A DNA stretch of 64,000 nt from Guillardia theta CCMP2712 (GCF_000315625.1 NW_005434657.1:687551-751550), one strand, 5' to 3'; positions 15,564 to 27,584 are shown, numbered from the stretch's first letter. Made by a program: numbers and translations. Notes: generated by a model from the sequence alone, not told the origin.

Positions 15564-17864
15564 TCACAGAGGCAGGGCGAGGAATTTCTGTCGCCTCCCC
15601 CTTCGATCAGGTTGCTTGTTCCTGCCTCTTCTCGCCTGATGGAGTAGCAGGGAAGAGACCTCGGGAGCCTCTTGCCTGGCACGCCAGTGCTCGTGAGGTG
15701 AGGAAGGAGGAGAGGAGAGGAGGAGAGGAGAGGAGGAGAGGAGGAGAGGCTCGAAACATCTGAGGGAGGCGCAGGCAACAGGGGGTGTCGGTCAGAGGTG
15801 TGATAGCACAGGAGGGATCGACAGCTGGCGAGTTTTTCGTTCATCTCGTGAAAGACGGGAAGCAGCAGGTGATTTCAGTAGACGTTTGCGACATCTGCCG
15901 ATAAAAGAGCGAGGGATAGGAGGAAACGAAGTGAGGAGGAGGAGGAGGAAGAGGAGGGAGGGGCGACTGCAAGTGAACGCACTAGGCAGCTATGAGCATG
16001 CAGAGCTTCTCTAGCCATCTCCTCTGCCACTCCCCGTCCTGCACGCGAGGTCAGCCCGTCAACCTGTCGCGCCTTCTGAACCTCCGTCATGTCGATGTGA
16101 TCCCGATGGCACACGCGGACGCTCGTCCAGCCTCCTCCCTGCAGCCTCCGACCTGCCGTCCACATGAGCAGCACCACACTTGATCCTCCCTCCCTCCCTC
16201 CCTCCCTCCCTCCCTCTGCTGCTCCCTCCTCCTCCCTCCTCCTTCCAAGCTCCTCCTGCTTCCTCTTGCCTGCGCCCTCCAGCTTGCAGATGCACGAGTA
16301 GGTGGCAACCACAGGTTCTGTTCGCGGAGGAAGCTGACCAGCCACGGCAACGAGCCCGTCGTTGGCCTCCTCCTCCTCCTCTGCTGCTGTACAGATGGAG
16401 CAAGACGACCTGGCGGAGCAGCAGGCGTTGCAGGCAACGGAGCCCGTCCTCAAGGTCCCTGTCTTGTCCTCCTCCTGCTCCTCCTCTCCCCCCCCGACCG
16501 ACTTCACGTGCACTTTCTCGTGCTTGGCGCGGCGAGTAGCTTCGCTGGAGCAGGAGGAGATGCGCCTGACGAAGGCGAGGAAGCTGACGAAGAGGCTGAG
16601 AGGGAGGAGAAAGAGAGCGAAGGGGAGGTGGCGCAAGAGCTTCACCTGCTGCCTCTCTCATCCACTCCTTCACCCACAACTTCATCTCACCGTTGGCAGC
16701 TGCAGTCTCCCCAACATCCTCCACTGCTGCGTGGAGGAGGAGAAGCACGCGAGGTACCTGGTCTCACTGCAGGGAAGGACTGCCTTCATCTTATCGTTCA
16801 GCTCGCGCATCCTCTGTGGGCTGAGGTCCCTCCCTCCGTTGTCTTGCCCTCCCGGACGCCACCTGCCTGCAAGGTCAGCTCTGCTTCCCCATCCTCCCAC
16901 TCTCACAGGAAGAGGAGCCGTAGCAGGGACACTCCCTGCTCCCTGCGCACATTCCAATGGCGCAGGCGCAGTCCGAGGCACTGGAAGGAGGGGTAAGGAG
17001 GAGAACGAACAAGAGAGGGGACGAAAGGGAGGAACCAGCAAGGGGCGGGGAAGCAAGTGGTGGCGGAGGAAGAAGGAGAAGGAGAAGGAGGGAAATGAGA
17101 GGAGGGGCAGGCAGAGGGAATGAGAGTGGAGGAGGAACGGAAGTAGGTGGTGATGGAGGAGGAGGTAGAGGTAATGGGGGAGGTAGAGGAGAAGGAGGAG
17201 GAGGTAGAGGAGAAGGAGGAGGAGGTACAGGTCTGGGGGGAACCTCGTTCTCTGGGTCGTGATCGCACCAGACGAGGAAGTAGATGAGGGAGAAGATCCA
17301 CCAGAGAATGCTTGCAGGAAGAGGGCGAAGAGAGGAGGGCGACAACCCCACGGCAAACACAGCAGACGTTCCGTTGTTCACCCCGTTGAGCGTGCAGATG
17401 CTTCGTATCCACCGCCCTGAGGTGACATGCCGTCCTCCTCGCCCGTCCGTCAGTTCGGATCGCGCGAGGAGGTACTGCAGGTATCGTGCTGTCGGGGCTC
17501 CAAGACTGTAGGCAAGGATGTGGATGGGACGCTCCTCACTCCATTCAGGATACAAGCCAGCCATGTCTCGCCCCCCGTACCTTCCATGCCCCTCCTCTAG
17601 CGCGTATCCTCCAGCATTGTAGTCGACCCTACCACCTTTGAGAGCGTAGAAGCATTCTACAGCTCGATCATGCACGCTTGAGACATGACCACACTTGACG
17701 GACAGGAAGCGACACCCCCCAAGCTTGCTTCTCAAGTACCGCCTCACGTCTCTTGAGATCCCTCCTCCGAACAGGCCGTCTAGAATCACGAACACAGCCT
17801 GAGCTTCTCTCGTCCGTTCTTTGATCATCCAGGATTCACGTGTATCACCTGTGATGGGTGACAT
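15564..17864 (-). CDS. Triacylglycerol lipase-like alpha/beta hydrolase (similar to bacterial families I.5/I.6)
   Basis: VSSVHDRAVECFYALKGGRVDY, GHGRYG, GLYPEWSEERPIHILAYSLGAPTARYL (nucleophile elbow), IRSICTLNGVNNGT, NDGLV (Asp) and RDHIDM (His). Both ends approximate. Confidence 0.85.
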
Positions 17865-18067
17865 GTGCAACTCAGCTGCTCATCTTCCTCCTCCTCCTCC
17901 TCCTCCTCCTCCTCCTGCCATGTTTCCCCGACGACTGTAACCGTGTGATGATGGCGTACCAGTAACATAGTAGTTTGTACCAGAGTTTGTACTGAAATCA
18001 AAATGAGTGATATTTAAAATAAGCCCTTCTTAAAATACGGTAGGTCCAACTAGCGACTGGCCCAGTT

Positions 18068-18680
18068 CATCCTCCTCGTCCTCCTCGTCCTCGTCCTCCT
18101 CGTCCTCGTCCTCCTCGTCCTCGTCCTCCTCGTCCTCGTCCTCCTCGTCCTCGTCCTCCTCGTCCTCGTCCTCCTCGTCCTCGTCCTCCTCGTCCTCGTC
18201 CTCCTCGTCCTCCTCGTCCTCGTCCTCCTCGTCCTCGTCCTCCTCGTCCTCGTCCTCCTCGTCCTCGTCGTCCTCCTCGTCCTCCTCCTCATCATTCATC
18301 GTCCTCGTCCTCGTCCTCCTCGTCCTCGTCCTCCTCGTCCTCGTCCTCGTCCTCCTCGTCCTCCTCCTCGTCCTCGTCCTCCTCGTCCTCGTCCTCCTCG
18401 TCCTCGTCCTCCTCGTCCTCGTCCTCCTCGTCCTCGTCCTCCTCGTCCTCGTCCTCCTCGTCCTCGTCCTCCTCGTCCTCCTCCTCGTCCTCGTCCTCCT
18501 CGTCCTCGTCGTCCTCCTCCTCCTCCTCCTCGTCGTCCTCCTCGTCCTCCTCCTCATCATTCATCGTCCTCGTCCTCGTCCTCCTCCTCATCATTCATCG
18601 TCCTCCTCCTCCTCCTCATCGTCCTCCTCATCGTCCTCCTCATCGTCCGCCTCATCGTCCTCCTCATCGTCCTCGTTCTC
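18068..18680 (+). repeat. Compound (TCC/TCG)n microsatellite with internal block duplications
   Basis: TCCTCG/TCCTCCTCG arrays with the interruption TCATCATTCATCG repeated three times. Confidence 0.9.
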
Positions 18681-18936
18681 CTGGTTTCTATTCCTTCTCG
18701 CCGTTCTCGTCATCCTCCAACTAAACCTTCCTCCTCCTCTTCCTCTTCCTCGTCCTTGTCATCCTTCTTTGTGTTCTTTGCCCTTTGCCTGATGTTGATC
18801 CATCCTGAGGTAGATAAGGTAGGGGTGGTAGAGTAGAAGGAGGAGGAAGAGGGGTAGGAGGACATCAGCTGCTCCGAAGAAGAAGTCACACTAGCGTGCT
18901 TGGTATCGACTACCAACTGACCGCCTGCATTCAGGC

Positions 18937-20025
18937 ATGATCTTGGAGAGCCATGAGGACACATCGGACTTGAGGAGGGAGGTACAAGAGAACAGATCTT
19001 TCATCGTTCGCATCTTGCAGGCTGTGGAGAAAGCGTCGTCGGACTGCCAATCTCAAACGAGCAATGTGATGAAGCGAGTTGACGGGCTTGAGTCTCGTCT
19101 CGAGTCTCTGGAGCATGGGCTCAAGCTGCAGTCCGAACACACGCGCAGCCTCCTCATCGCCTTGGAGGCTCAGGGGGAGACAGTGAGGGACCTGCGAGAG
19201 CAGTTGTACTCCGTGCAGGTGAGACTGGAAGACTGCGCCAAAGACCACAAGAGCTTGAGCAGACTCGAAAGCACCTTGGAAAGCCTCTCCTCTAGGATGG
19301 AGCGAAGAGTTGACAACGCCTTGACCAAGCTCGAAGAGCAAGAGATCCGTCTGGAGCGGCACCTGGGCGACTCATCACTGCAAGCGGCCAAGCTAAAGCA
19401 GGAGGTGGACAAGGAGCTGGACGCTCAGAGGAGCGCGCAGGACCACGAGAAGGAGAGGCTGAGCAGCAAGCTCGCCACTGCCCTTGAAGGATTTCGCGTT
19501 GCAAATCAGGAGGTGTCAAAGACCCTGGAGCAGCAGGAATCAAGGCTCTCTGCCGTAGAGAGAAAAGTTGAGAGCGTCGGCTCTCTCGTCAACGAGCATG
19601 ATGTGAAGCTGTCGGAGCAGCTCAAGGCCCTTTCACAGAGCGTTTATACCATGATGCAAGAGCAGAAATCCTCGTTTGACCTCCAACTTCGCAGCTACAA
19701 GGATGAGATCGATCCTCGGATGTCAAAGCTGGAGGGTCGGCTGCGATCTCTGTCTCCGGACGTGAGGGTAGAGCATTCGTCCAGGGCTGCTGAGCAGAAA
19801 GCTGAGATCCAGGCGAGAATATCGCGACTCGAGAAGGCCTGGCCTACTCTCCATCCTCGAGCCGCCGCTACGGTGGTGCCCAAGAGCTACGACGGGGCTC
19901 CTGGCACGCCCACGTTTGACCGCATGCACACTGCTTCCTACTTGGATGGGACAGACTTGGAGATTTCCCGCAGTGAGAACACTGAGATCGTGTCGCCTCC
20001 TCTCAACCACAGCGTGCTGCATTGA
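18937..20025 (+). CDS. Single-exon coiled-coil protein of unknown function (362 aa)
   Basis: Long ORF with heptad-rich L/E/K/Q/R/S composition and coding-like codon usage. Confidence 0.75.
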   Translation: MILESHEDTSDLRREVQENRSFIVRILQAVEKASSDCQSQTSNVMKRVDGLESRLESLEHGLKLQSEHTRSLLIALEAQGETVRDLREQLYSVQVRLEDCAKDHKSLSRLESTLESLSSRMERRVDNALTKLEEQEIRLERHLGDSSLQAAKLKQEVDKELDAQRSAQDHEKERLSSKLATALEGFRVANQEVSKTLEQQESRLSAVERKVESVGSLVNEHDVKLSEQLKALSQSVYTMMQEQKSSFDLQLRSYKDEIDPRMSKLEGRLRSLSPDVRVEHSSRAAEQKAEIQARISRLEKAWPTLHPRAAATVVPKSYDGAPGTPTFDRMHTASYLDGTDLEISRSENTEIVSPPLNHSVLH

Positions 20026-20124
20026 GCAGCGGAGGGCAGGAGCGCCTTGAACGAGCAGAGTGAAGCTTGCTAGTCTCGTAAGTTTATTCCCTTCTCATCA
20101 ATCTACAAAACATACCGGGAATGT

Positions 20125-20786
20125 TCACTCATCATGCCCAACGTGCTCTATCACGAAAACCAGCGCACCGGCTGCCAGAGCCTCGTTCCCTTGGCGTCTA
20201 TTGTACACTTGTATCATCAAGTCCCCATCACCATCCTGCAAGAACTGCTGCCAAGCTGATATGAGCGTCTTCTCCGCTCAGTGTGAAGATCAAGACGGTT
20301 GAGATAGCGAGGAGGCTGTAGAAGTATAGTTCCACCCCACTCGCTGCCTCCTGCAGCTCTTGCTGCTTCGACGGCGCCTCCTTGGCCACGCCAGCGGCGC
20401 TGGAAAACTGCAGCATCGTGTCAGTGCTGACGCAGAAGAGTCGTGAAATGTTCACCCGCAATGAAAGCTCCTCCGCCGCCTTGCCATGCTTGCCCTCCAG
20501 CCACTCCTTCCCGAATGGTCGGCCATCCGGTGCATTGATGCTCCTCACGTCCCCGAAAGCGAAGCTGCTCGTGCTTGTCAGCATGTGCCGAGCACGTGTA
20601 CAGGAGCAAACAGAATCACCTTGAGCTCCTGGTAGAGTAGAGCTGAGTTCCTCTTGACAAGGCGAGCCTTGAGGACGCGTCGGTCGAAGTCTCCACCATG
20701 AAGTATGTCGGAATGAACGCTGACACCAATGTTTGATCTTGGAGCAATGAAAGCAAAGAAGCGAAAAAAACTAGGGTCTTGATCAT
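20125..20786 (-). CDS. Small putative plastid-targeted membrane protein
   Basis: Signal peptide MIKTLVFFASLLSLLQDQTLVSA followed by FIP and a Ser/Thr/Arg-rich stretch. C-terminal hydrophobic segments LYFYSLLAISTVLIFTL and ALAAGALVFVI. Hand-spliced. Confidence 0.5.
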
Positions 20787-21963
20787 TCTGATAGGTTTTC
20801 CCAAGTCTTTCCTATGATTTCACTGACAACCGCTGGCCTCCCGATGTTCAACCTGAGCTTTATCCGTGGTCAACTGCAATGAGAGTTACTACATTGCTTC
20901 CAGTACAACACAAGAGCATGCCGAGGGCAGTGAAGGACTGATATCTCTCCTACCTTGCTAGACTGATCTTATCTCTCCTACCTTGCTCTTCCTGCCGCCT
21001 CTCTTCCCTCCCCATCCCCCTTTCCTACTCCTCGTGCTCCTCCTTCCCCTCTAAGAGCATCTTGGTCTATCTGCCCAGATTCCGTTCTCATTTAAACTTG
21101 ATCAAATAATTTGAATTTACAGAGTGTATTTCCTTTCATTATTTCGAAATGTTTTAGAAACGACTCTAAATTCTGCATATACCAAATCCTAGGACCCTTC
21201 CTAGGCTCTTCCGTATGAGATGGGGACCATTAAAAGTTTTATAGTTTTATTATATCATTTTGTCCGTAGACCCCCCCACTCCCACCCCTCTTCTTACCCC
21301 TCATTTTCATGCTCAAAGTACCCCTCCATTGCATATGTTTACCACACCTCGACTCCCTAACGCTCCCCTACCCCCCCTACGCTAGTCACGTGGGGCTCGA
21401 AAGTTTGTCTAAACCCACCCCCATCACCTAGCCCACTTCCACCCCTACCCCTAATTTCCCTTGAATTCCTCTATGGGCTTGAGTGTAAAATTGACCCCAC
21501 CTCCACCCCCACCCCTCGATTGCGAGATGCGACCGCCGGTCGCCCCCAAAGGACATATAATATTTTCATGGAGCGCGGGGGTCAATCTCTATGACTTGGC
21601 ATAATATGGATAAGGTGGGTACTTTTCTTTCTTCGTGTGGGTAGGGTTATGTACCCCACCAACCCGTGGATATGATCAACTTTGACGATTTTGTTAAAAC
21701 TTTGTTTTATTAACTTCCCAAATAGATTCGAAATATGATATTACATTCGCAAAAATTTCTTTCTATATTTTCAAATTTTGCCGAAGAGTGTTTCACGTGT
21801 TTCAATTTTTGGAATGTCAGCAACGCGACTGTTGGGTGCGAAACGCGCGAGAAGTCGCAACGGGCGAAACTTGGAAACTTTCAAACTTTCGCATGGTACT
21901 TTTAAACTTCTCGATTAGGCGGAGAGAGGCGAAAGTTCGTTTGACCGTCGACATGTAACAAGT

Positions 21964-24900
21964 TCACTCAGAGCAAGTGGTGGAGCCAGTGGAGTTGGCG
22001 AAGAGACCGAGAGAGCAGTTGAAGCAGAGCTGGGGATCAGTCAGCGAGAGATCGTGATGCGAGAGCCAAGGGCAGAGGCGAAGCCTGAGGAGGGGAGGGA
22101 GAGGAGAACAAACCTCGAAGCCTGTCCCGTTGCTGTAGGTGTTGACCGCACAAGGCTCGCAGGACGTCTGCCTCCTCCGTCATGCCCAGCAGCTCCTGCA
22201 GGCTCGCTCACCTGCCCCTCGGAGCTCGCGAAGTAGCCGGCCATGCAGTCGAGGCAGAGGGTGGCGGAGTTGGCACCTAGAAGAATGGCATGAGCAGACA
22301 AGAAGGCGGAGGATCGTAGCTGATGTTGTGAAGAAGGAGCAGGAGAGTAGGAGCAGGAAGAGCAGGAGGAGCAGAAAGAGGAGGAGAAGCAGGAGAAAGC
22401 AAGAGGAGAAAGCAAACCTTCGATGGCAGATGCCTTGCCCTGACTACAAGCCAAACAAGTAGAAACATTCGATGCTGCGACAGTCTCGCTGCTCATGGTT
22501 GTCTTGAGACGCCATGGAGGGAGAGAGAGAGAGGGGTGGGAAGCAAGAGGAAGAAGAAGGGAGAGGAGAGGACACGGACAGGGGCAGTGGAGGAGCGAAG
22601 GAAAGCGTGAGACCTGTAAGTGCCAGCAGGGCATTGACTGCATGCCGTCTGACCCGCGAGCTCGGAGAACTTCCCGGAAGGACAGCTGAAGCAAGTTAGA
22701 AGGTGAGACAAGGTGAGGATATAGCAGGGGGCAGGGAAGGGACGAGGTGCCAGGTCAAGGGATGTAGGAACGAAGGGGAAAGAGGAAGGAATTTGAGGAG
22801 GGAGAAACAGCAGGGGATAATGTTCATGAGTCACGATGAGGGAGGGAGGGAGGGAGGGAGGGAGGGCCTTACCTAATGCACTTCTGCTGGGAACTATTTG
22901 CGTAACTTCCAGCCTCGCATGTGTGACAGCTGCTCGTCGAATCAACAACAATGCAATTGAGAAACAAGATGAACGAGAGAGCAGGACGAAGAGAGGAGGA
23001 GGAGGAGGGAGCATGAGCAGGAGCAGAGTAGAGGGGAGAGAGAGTGGGGAAGGGGTCTCGCCTTCCATGTGCACTGCCGTCATAGTCCGTCACGGTTCCC
23101 TCCGGGCACAAGGAGCAGGTGAAGTTCAGCTCGTCAAACCCTGTTGATTTTGGGCATCTGCGATGGGAAGTGAATGATGAGCAGAAGTAGCAGCAGCAGC
23201 AGCTCCAACCTCCAGGAACACTCGCTTACAAAGCTCGCGTTCTCTGGAAGCGTTTCGTTGCACCTGGAGCAAGATCACCTTTCACACCTGCTCTGCTCTG
23301 CCCTTCTGCTTCTCCTTCCTTGCCTCCTCCTCTTCCCCTTTACCTCTTGCACCCTGTCAGCAAGTTGCATTGATCATTGCCGATGACGCCAACCTGCAAG
23401 GAGAAGGAGCAGTCACAGAGGGAACCGAAGGAGAAGAAGCCAGGAGAAGTAGGGTGGAGCAACAGGAATGGAGGAGAGTACAAGAAGAAGGAGGAGACAA
23501 GAATGAGGAGATCTGCTCTTCCTTGTCATCTGCCGCGACTCCAACTTTCTCTCCGTCCTCGGACAAGCACAGAGCTCGAGCGTTGGAAGTTTGGATATGG
23601 AATACTGACTTGGCCTGTGGATGCAACGAGCCACCCCTGTTGGCAACAAAAGTGATGAAGAGGGAGAGGAAGGTACAGAGAGGAGACTGCGTGGAAGTAG
23701 TGGGATATGCATGAGTTGAAGGGTATGAGGAGGAGAAGGCGGGCGTCACATGAGGAGGAGGAGGAGGAGGAGGAGGAGGAGGAGGAGGAGGAGGAGGAGG
23801 AGGAGGAGGAGGAGGTGGTGGTGGTGGTGGTGGTGGAGGAGCAGGAGGTGCGGGGGGAGGGGAGATGGAGAGAGGAAGTGCCGCGGGGGTATCCAAGAGG
23901 CGGAGGGGAGGATACGTCACCTTCGAGGGATGTAGAGCAACTGGCTGCTGCTGGTGAGGGAGAAGAGACCGTCTCGACCGCTTGCATGCCGGATGGCAAC
24001 GACGTCCCCGAGACCTGACAGGACCGAGGAGGCGGAGGAGGAGGCAGAGGAGAGGGGCATGACGAGGATCTCGAAGAAAGGGTCGGAGGAGAGGACCGCT
24101 AGCTCCTGCGCATGGCTGATTGAGATGCCGCGGGGATGATTGAAGTCGGAGCTGCGCTTATTGACGCCCCAGCGACAGCAGGATATGTTGAAGCAGTCGG
24201 AGCAGCAGCAGCCATCTGTGGTGGCGGTGCTGAGAGCGTCGAGGTACGGGGGGCAGTGGATACTGGCAGGAGAAGGGGAGGGAGCAGTAGAGTTGGGAAG
24301 GAGACGACATGCCAGCTCGAGATTGATCTTGAGCAGATGGTTCCAGTTCCTGTTGGTCACGTACGCCTCCTGGTTCCACATCGCCACATCCGCCATCATC
24401 TGGCGGCTCCACGTCGCGCACTGCTTGATCGTCGTGTCCTCCTCCAGCAGGCCGGGGTAGTTGGTCTTGTCCGCCTGCGACACCGGCCCGAACTCGATCC
24501 CCGACGCCGCCACCTCCTTGCTCAAGGTCGAGTCGTTGTGAAACGTCAGCTTCATCACTTGTCCGCTGTCAACGCACGTGTAGAGGATGCTCGAGGTCTG
24601 CGGGATCCTCTCCATGCCGGAGATGTCGCAGCCTGCTTCGATCACCTCGGTGAAGTTCCACCGCTTGACATGCGAACGGTTGTCGAAGCGGAAATGCAGG
24701 AGGTTCCTGTAGCCGGTGTTGGCGAAGACGATGTCCTCGGGTGACAAGAAGGCGCAGCCTGACGCTGAGCTGACCAGCCTCCTCTCATCCTGCGTGTCTG
24801 CAAAGTTGATGCTTCCCAGGAGGCTCCAGGAGTCCTGGAATCCGACGCATGGCTCGTAGCCAGGCATGCACTTCATCTCGCTGTCAAAAGGAATGATGGG

Positions 24901-24966
24901 ACTGCAAGCCACCTCTTGACTGCATCCCAGCAGCAAGACAAGAGTGAGAGGTAGAGGAGCTCTCAT
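21964..24966 (-). CDS. Secreted protein: beta-propeller/NHL-like N-terminus + SECSWRC module + TNFR/GCC2-GCC3-like Cys repeats
   Basis: Signal peptide MRAPLPLTLVLLLGC and NHL-like FNHPRGISIS. Cys repeats CPEGTVT, CHTCEAGSYA, CPSGKFSELAGQTACSQCPAGTY, CLDCMAGYFA and CFNCSLGLFANSTG. The 3' end is uncertain. Confidence 0.75.
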
Positions 24967-26865
24967 GATCGCGCGGAGGAGGGAAAGTTAGGTTGTCAAG
25001 ATGGAAGGGAGGAACGATGACCGAGAAGAAGCAGCTATGCCACGGTTGAGTCAGCGACGAAGCTCTCCGAGTGTTCCTTCACGAGGCTGGTCCGGCATTG
25101 TTATCTCTACTCTTCTCCTGTCTCCTCTCTTCTCCTCCTCGTCCTCCTCTGGCATCTTCGCCCTACTCTCCTCCTAGTCCCTCGCCATGACGCGCCGACC
25201 GCCTCGGAGCAAAGGTCAAGTGCCGGGTCAACAACTTTAGAACTTTCAAACTTTATTTCAAAACTTTAAGTAGCCAGAACTTCGAGGCTGAGACTGTCAA
25301 ACTTTGACACTTCTGCCATCTTTCCAAGTTTTTGATTAAAATTCTTAGTTTTTAGATAAAAATAGTTTTAAGTTTCAATGCGTCTGCCTGTTCGGTACCC
25401 CCGCCCCCTTATGTCCATTGGTTCCATGTGTACCCGTACCTCTGACCTCCTGGATCTGTGAAAATGGAGGTGGGGTAAGTTCGTATTGCTGGGTGGTACA
25501 TAAAATGAAATTATAGAATTAAAGATTAGTATAAGAAATAGTTGTGACTAAATATAATGGTACTTTGAGACTTAAAAGTAATATAATAATTCTATTTGGG
25601 TAACTACTACCATCTCTTTCCATATTGTACCGCAGGGCTTGTCATTCACTACTGTATTTTTAAAATAAAAACTAAAAGACACGAAGAGACGCCTGCACCC
25701 CCTACCAGGCATTAGCCCCCCACTTTCTCCAGTACCCCTATCTTTCCCAGTTCTTCTACCCCATCTCAATCTGTCTCTACCCCCTACCCCCTGATCACTC
25801 TGTGTACTTCGAAAAGGGTTCCGAGGGAACCGAAATGGTTGGCGTGAGTAGTCGGGTAATCGAGTGCTGGGGGTAGTGCAATTAGGGAACACCAAGGGGG
25901 GTGGCCTTCGGATATTAGTGTCTCACTTATAAAAATGAGTTGCTATGGGTATAGGTCAAGATCAAAATGAAAGGGAAGATCATAGAAGGGGAGTACCTCT
26001 ACAAGGATAATAAAAGAATAATACTTGTGTGACGAGCAAGATGGGTGGGGGTCAGATGTGGCAGGAAGAGATAGGGGTAGGTCTTTGATACTTTCGAGGA
26101 ATGGGGGTGGGGGTGTGAGGAGTAGGGGTCTGAGACAGAGATATTGGTATGTGAACAAAGGAAGGTAAAGTTGACTAGTAAGGTGGGTGGACGGTATTTG
26201 ATGGTGAAATGATGGTGGGGGGGTAGGGGTAGGGGACGGATTGCTAATCTAGGTGGGTTGGAGGTATCTGCAAACTCGGTAAAAGCACTGGTGGGTGCTT
26301 GCAAAAGTATGAATATACCCGTACTTTGAGACTCAAAAGTAGGGGTACTACAAGGGTGGAGCAGAAAATGTAACACTCAGTAAAACGGGTGGGGTAGGGG
26401 AATGTGAAGAACGGGGAAGGGTCTTGCATGGCAGAACAAAGAGCAGGGAGGGGAAGAGGAAGAGAGGAGGAGGAGGCAGAAGAGCGCGGGGCAGGACGAG
26501 GAGAGATGGAGATGGAGAGGCGAGGTGGATGGAGAAGAGGAGTGTGCAGGAGCAGAGAAGAGTTGATTGGGCGAGGATCCATGATCCGCGAGCTTAGGAA
26601 TCGTGGTAGACGCGAGACGCAGCAAGTGGATTGGCGAGATAAGGATGGAGACGAGTGGGCTTGAGGATTATCGAAACTTTTTTAGCATCTTCATGAAAGA
26701 GGAGTACTTGTTGAGTGTGGTTGGCGGGAAGGAGAGTGAATGATTTGTTGAGGACAATATCATGCGAGGGCAGGGGGGGTGTTACCTTGAGAACTTGTGG
26801 AGGTGAACTGAAATTATGGTCCAGGTCGTCCGGTGGCTGATAGTTAGTCTCTCAGCTTCATCAAG

Positions 26866-27584
26866 ATGCCAAGGCTGGATGGTGGGTTTGTTGGAATGTC
26901 GAAAGCGGTGGCAATAGCTACGACTGTGCCTGGTGGAACCGGGGCAGTCGCGTCTGCGTTGATCCTGGACGAGATAGAGTATTATCGAGCTGGCATTGGG
27001 TGTGTGCTGGAGGACAACCCGGAAACAGGCGACATTCGCATAGGAAAGATCGTGCCGAAGGGAGCGGCATCGAACACAGGGCTGTGCGAGGGAGATGTGT
27101 TGGAGCAAGTGGACGAGCATCCGATCTACAAGGGCATGTGCCTGTCCGAAGCCTCTCACTTCATCCGCGGCAAGGAAGGAAGCATCGTACCTTGCGAGTT
27201 CGCCGCGGAGAAGCATATCGCGCGACCATCCGCATCGTGAGACAGCGAGTCCCCGGGAGCGAGACGGAGATGTTGGGAGCTCTGTGGCAGAAGAACCACC
27301 ACAAGCCCAAAGAACCCAAAGTGGCGACCAAGGAGGACAAGCTGGAGAAGCTTGTGTCTCTGCGTAAGAGAGGGCTGATCAACGACGTGGAGTTCGAGCA
27401 TGCGCGCCTGCGTCTGATGGAGGGCCGGGAAGGGGAGCTGCCGAAACAAAAGGCCAGTTTCTCGTACACCCATATGTTCCAGACGCTGCAGTCGGACTTC
27501 GAGAAGTTGTTCACTGATCCAGAAATCTTGAGGAGGAGGCAGATACAGCAGAACGCGCAGACGGGATCTGACTTGCTCCTGTGA
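26866..27584 (+). CDS. PDZ + SHOCT-like protein, interrupted by a -1 frameshift at about 27189
   Basis: PDZ AGIGCVL..IRIGKIVPKGAASNTGLCEGDVLEQVD..IRGKEGSIV continues as TLRVRRG in another frame. SHOCT-like DKLEKLVSLRKRGLINDVEFEHARLRLM. Confidence 0.75.

Noticed and set aside
18030-18594. Acidic (D/E) or Arg/Thr-rich protein on the minus strand
   Set aside because: Repeat-derived; the frame shifts at each duplicated interruption and there is no unique coding flank
25330-26400. Transposable element
   Set aside because: No transposase or reverse transcriptase ORF, terminal repeats or target-site duplication visible; ORFs are low complexity
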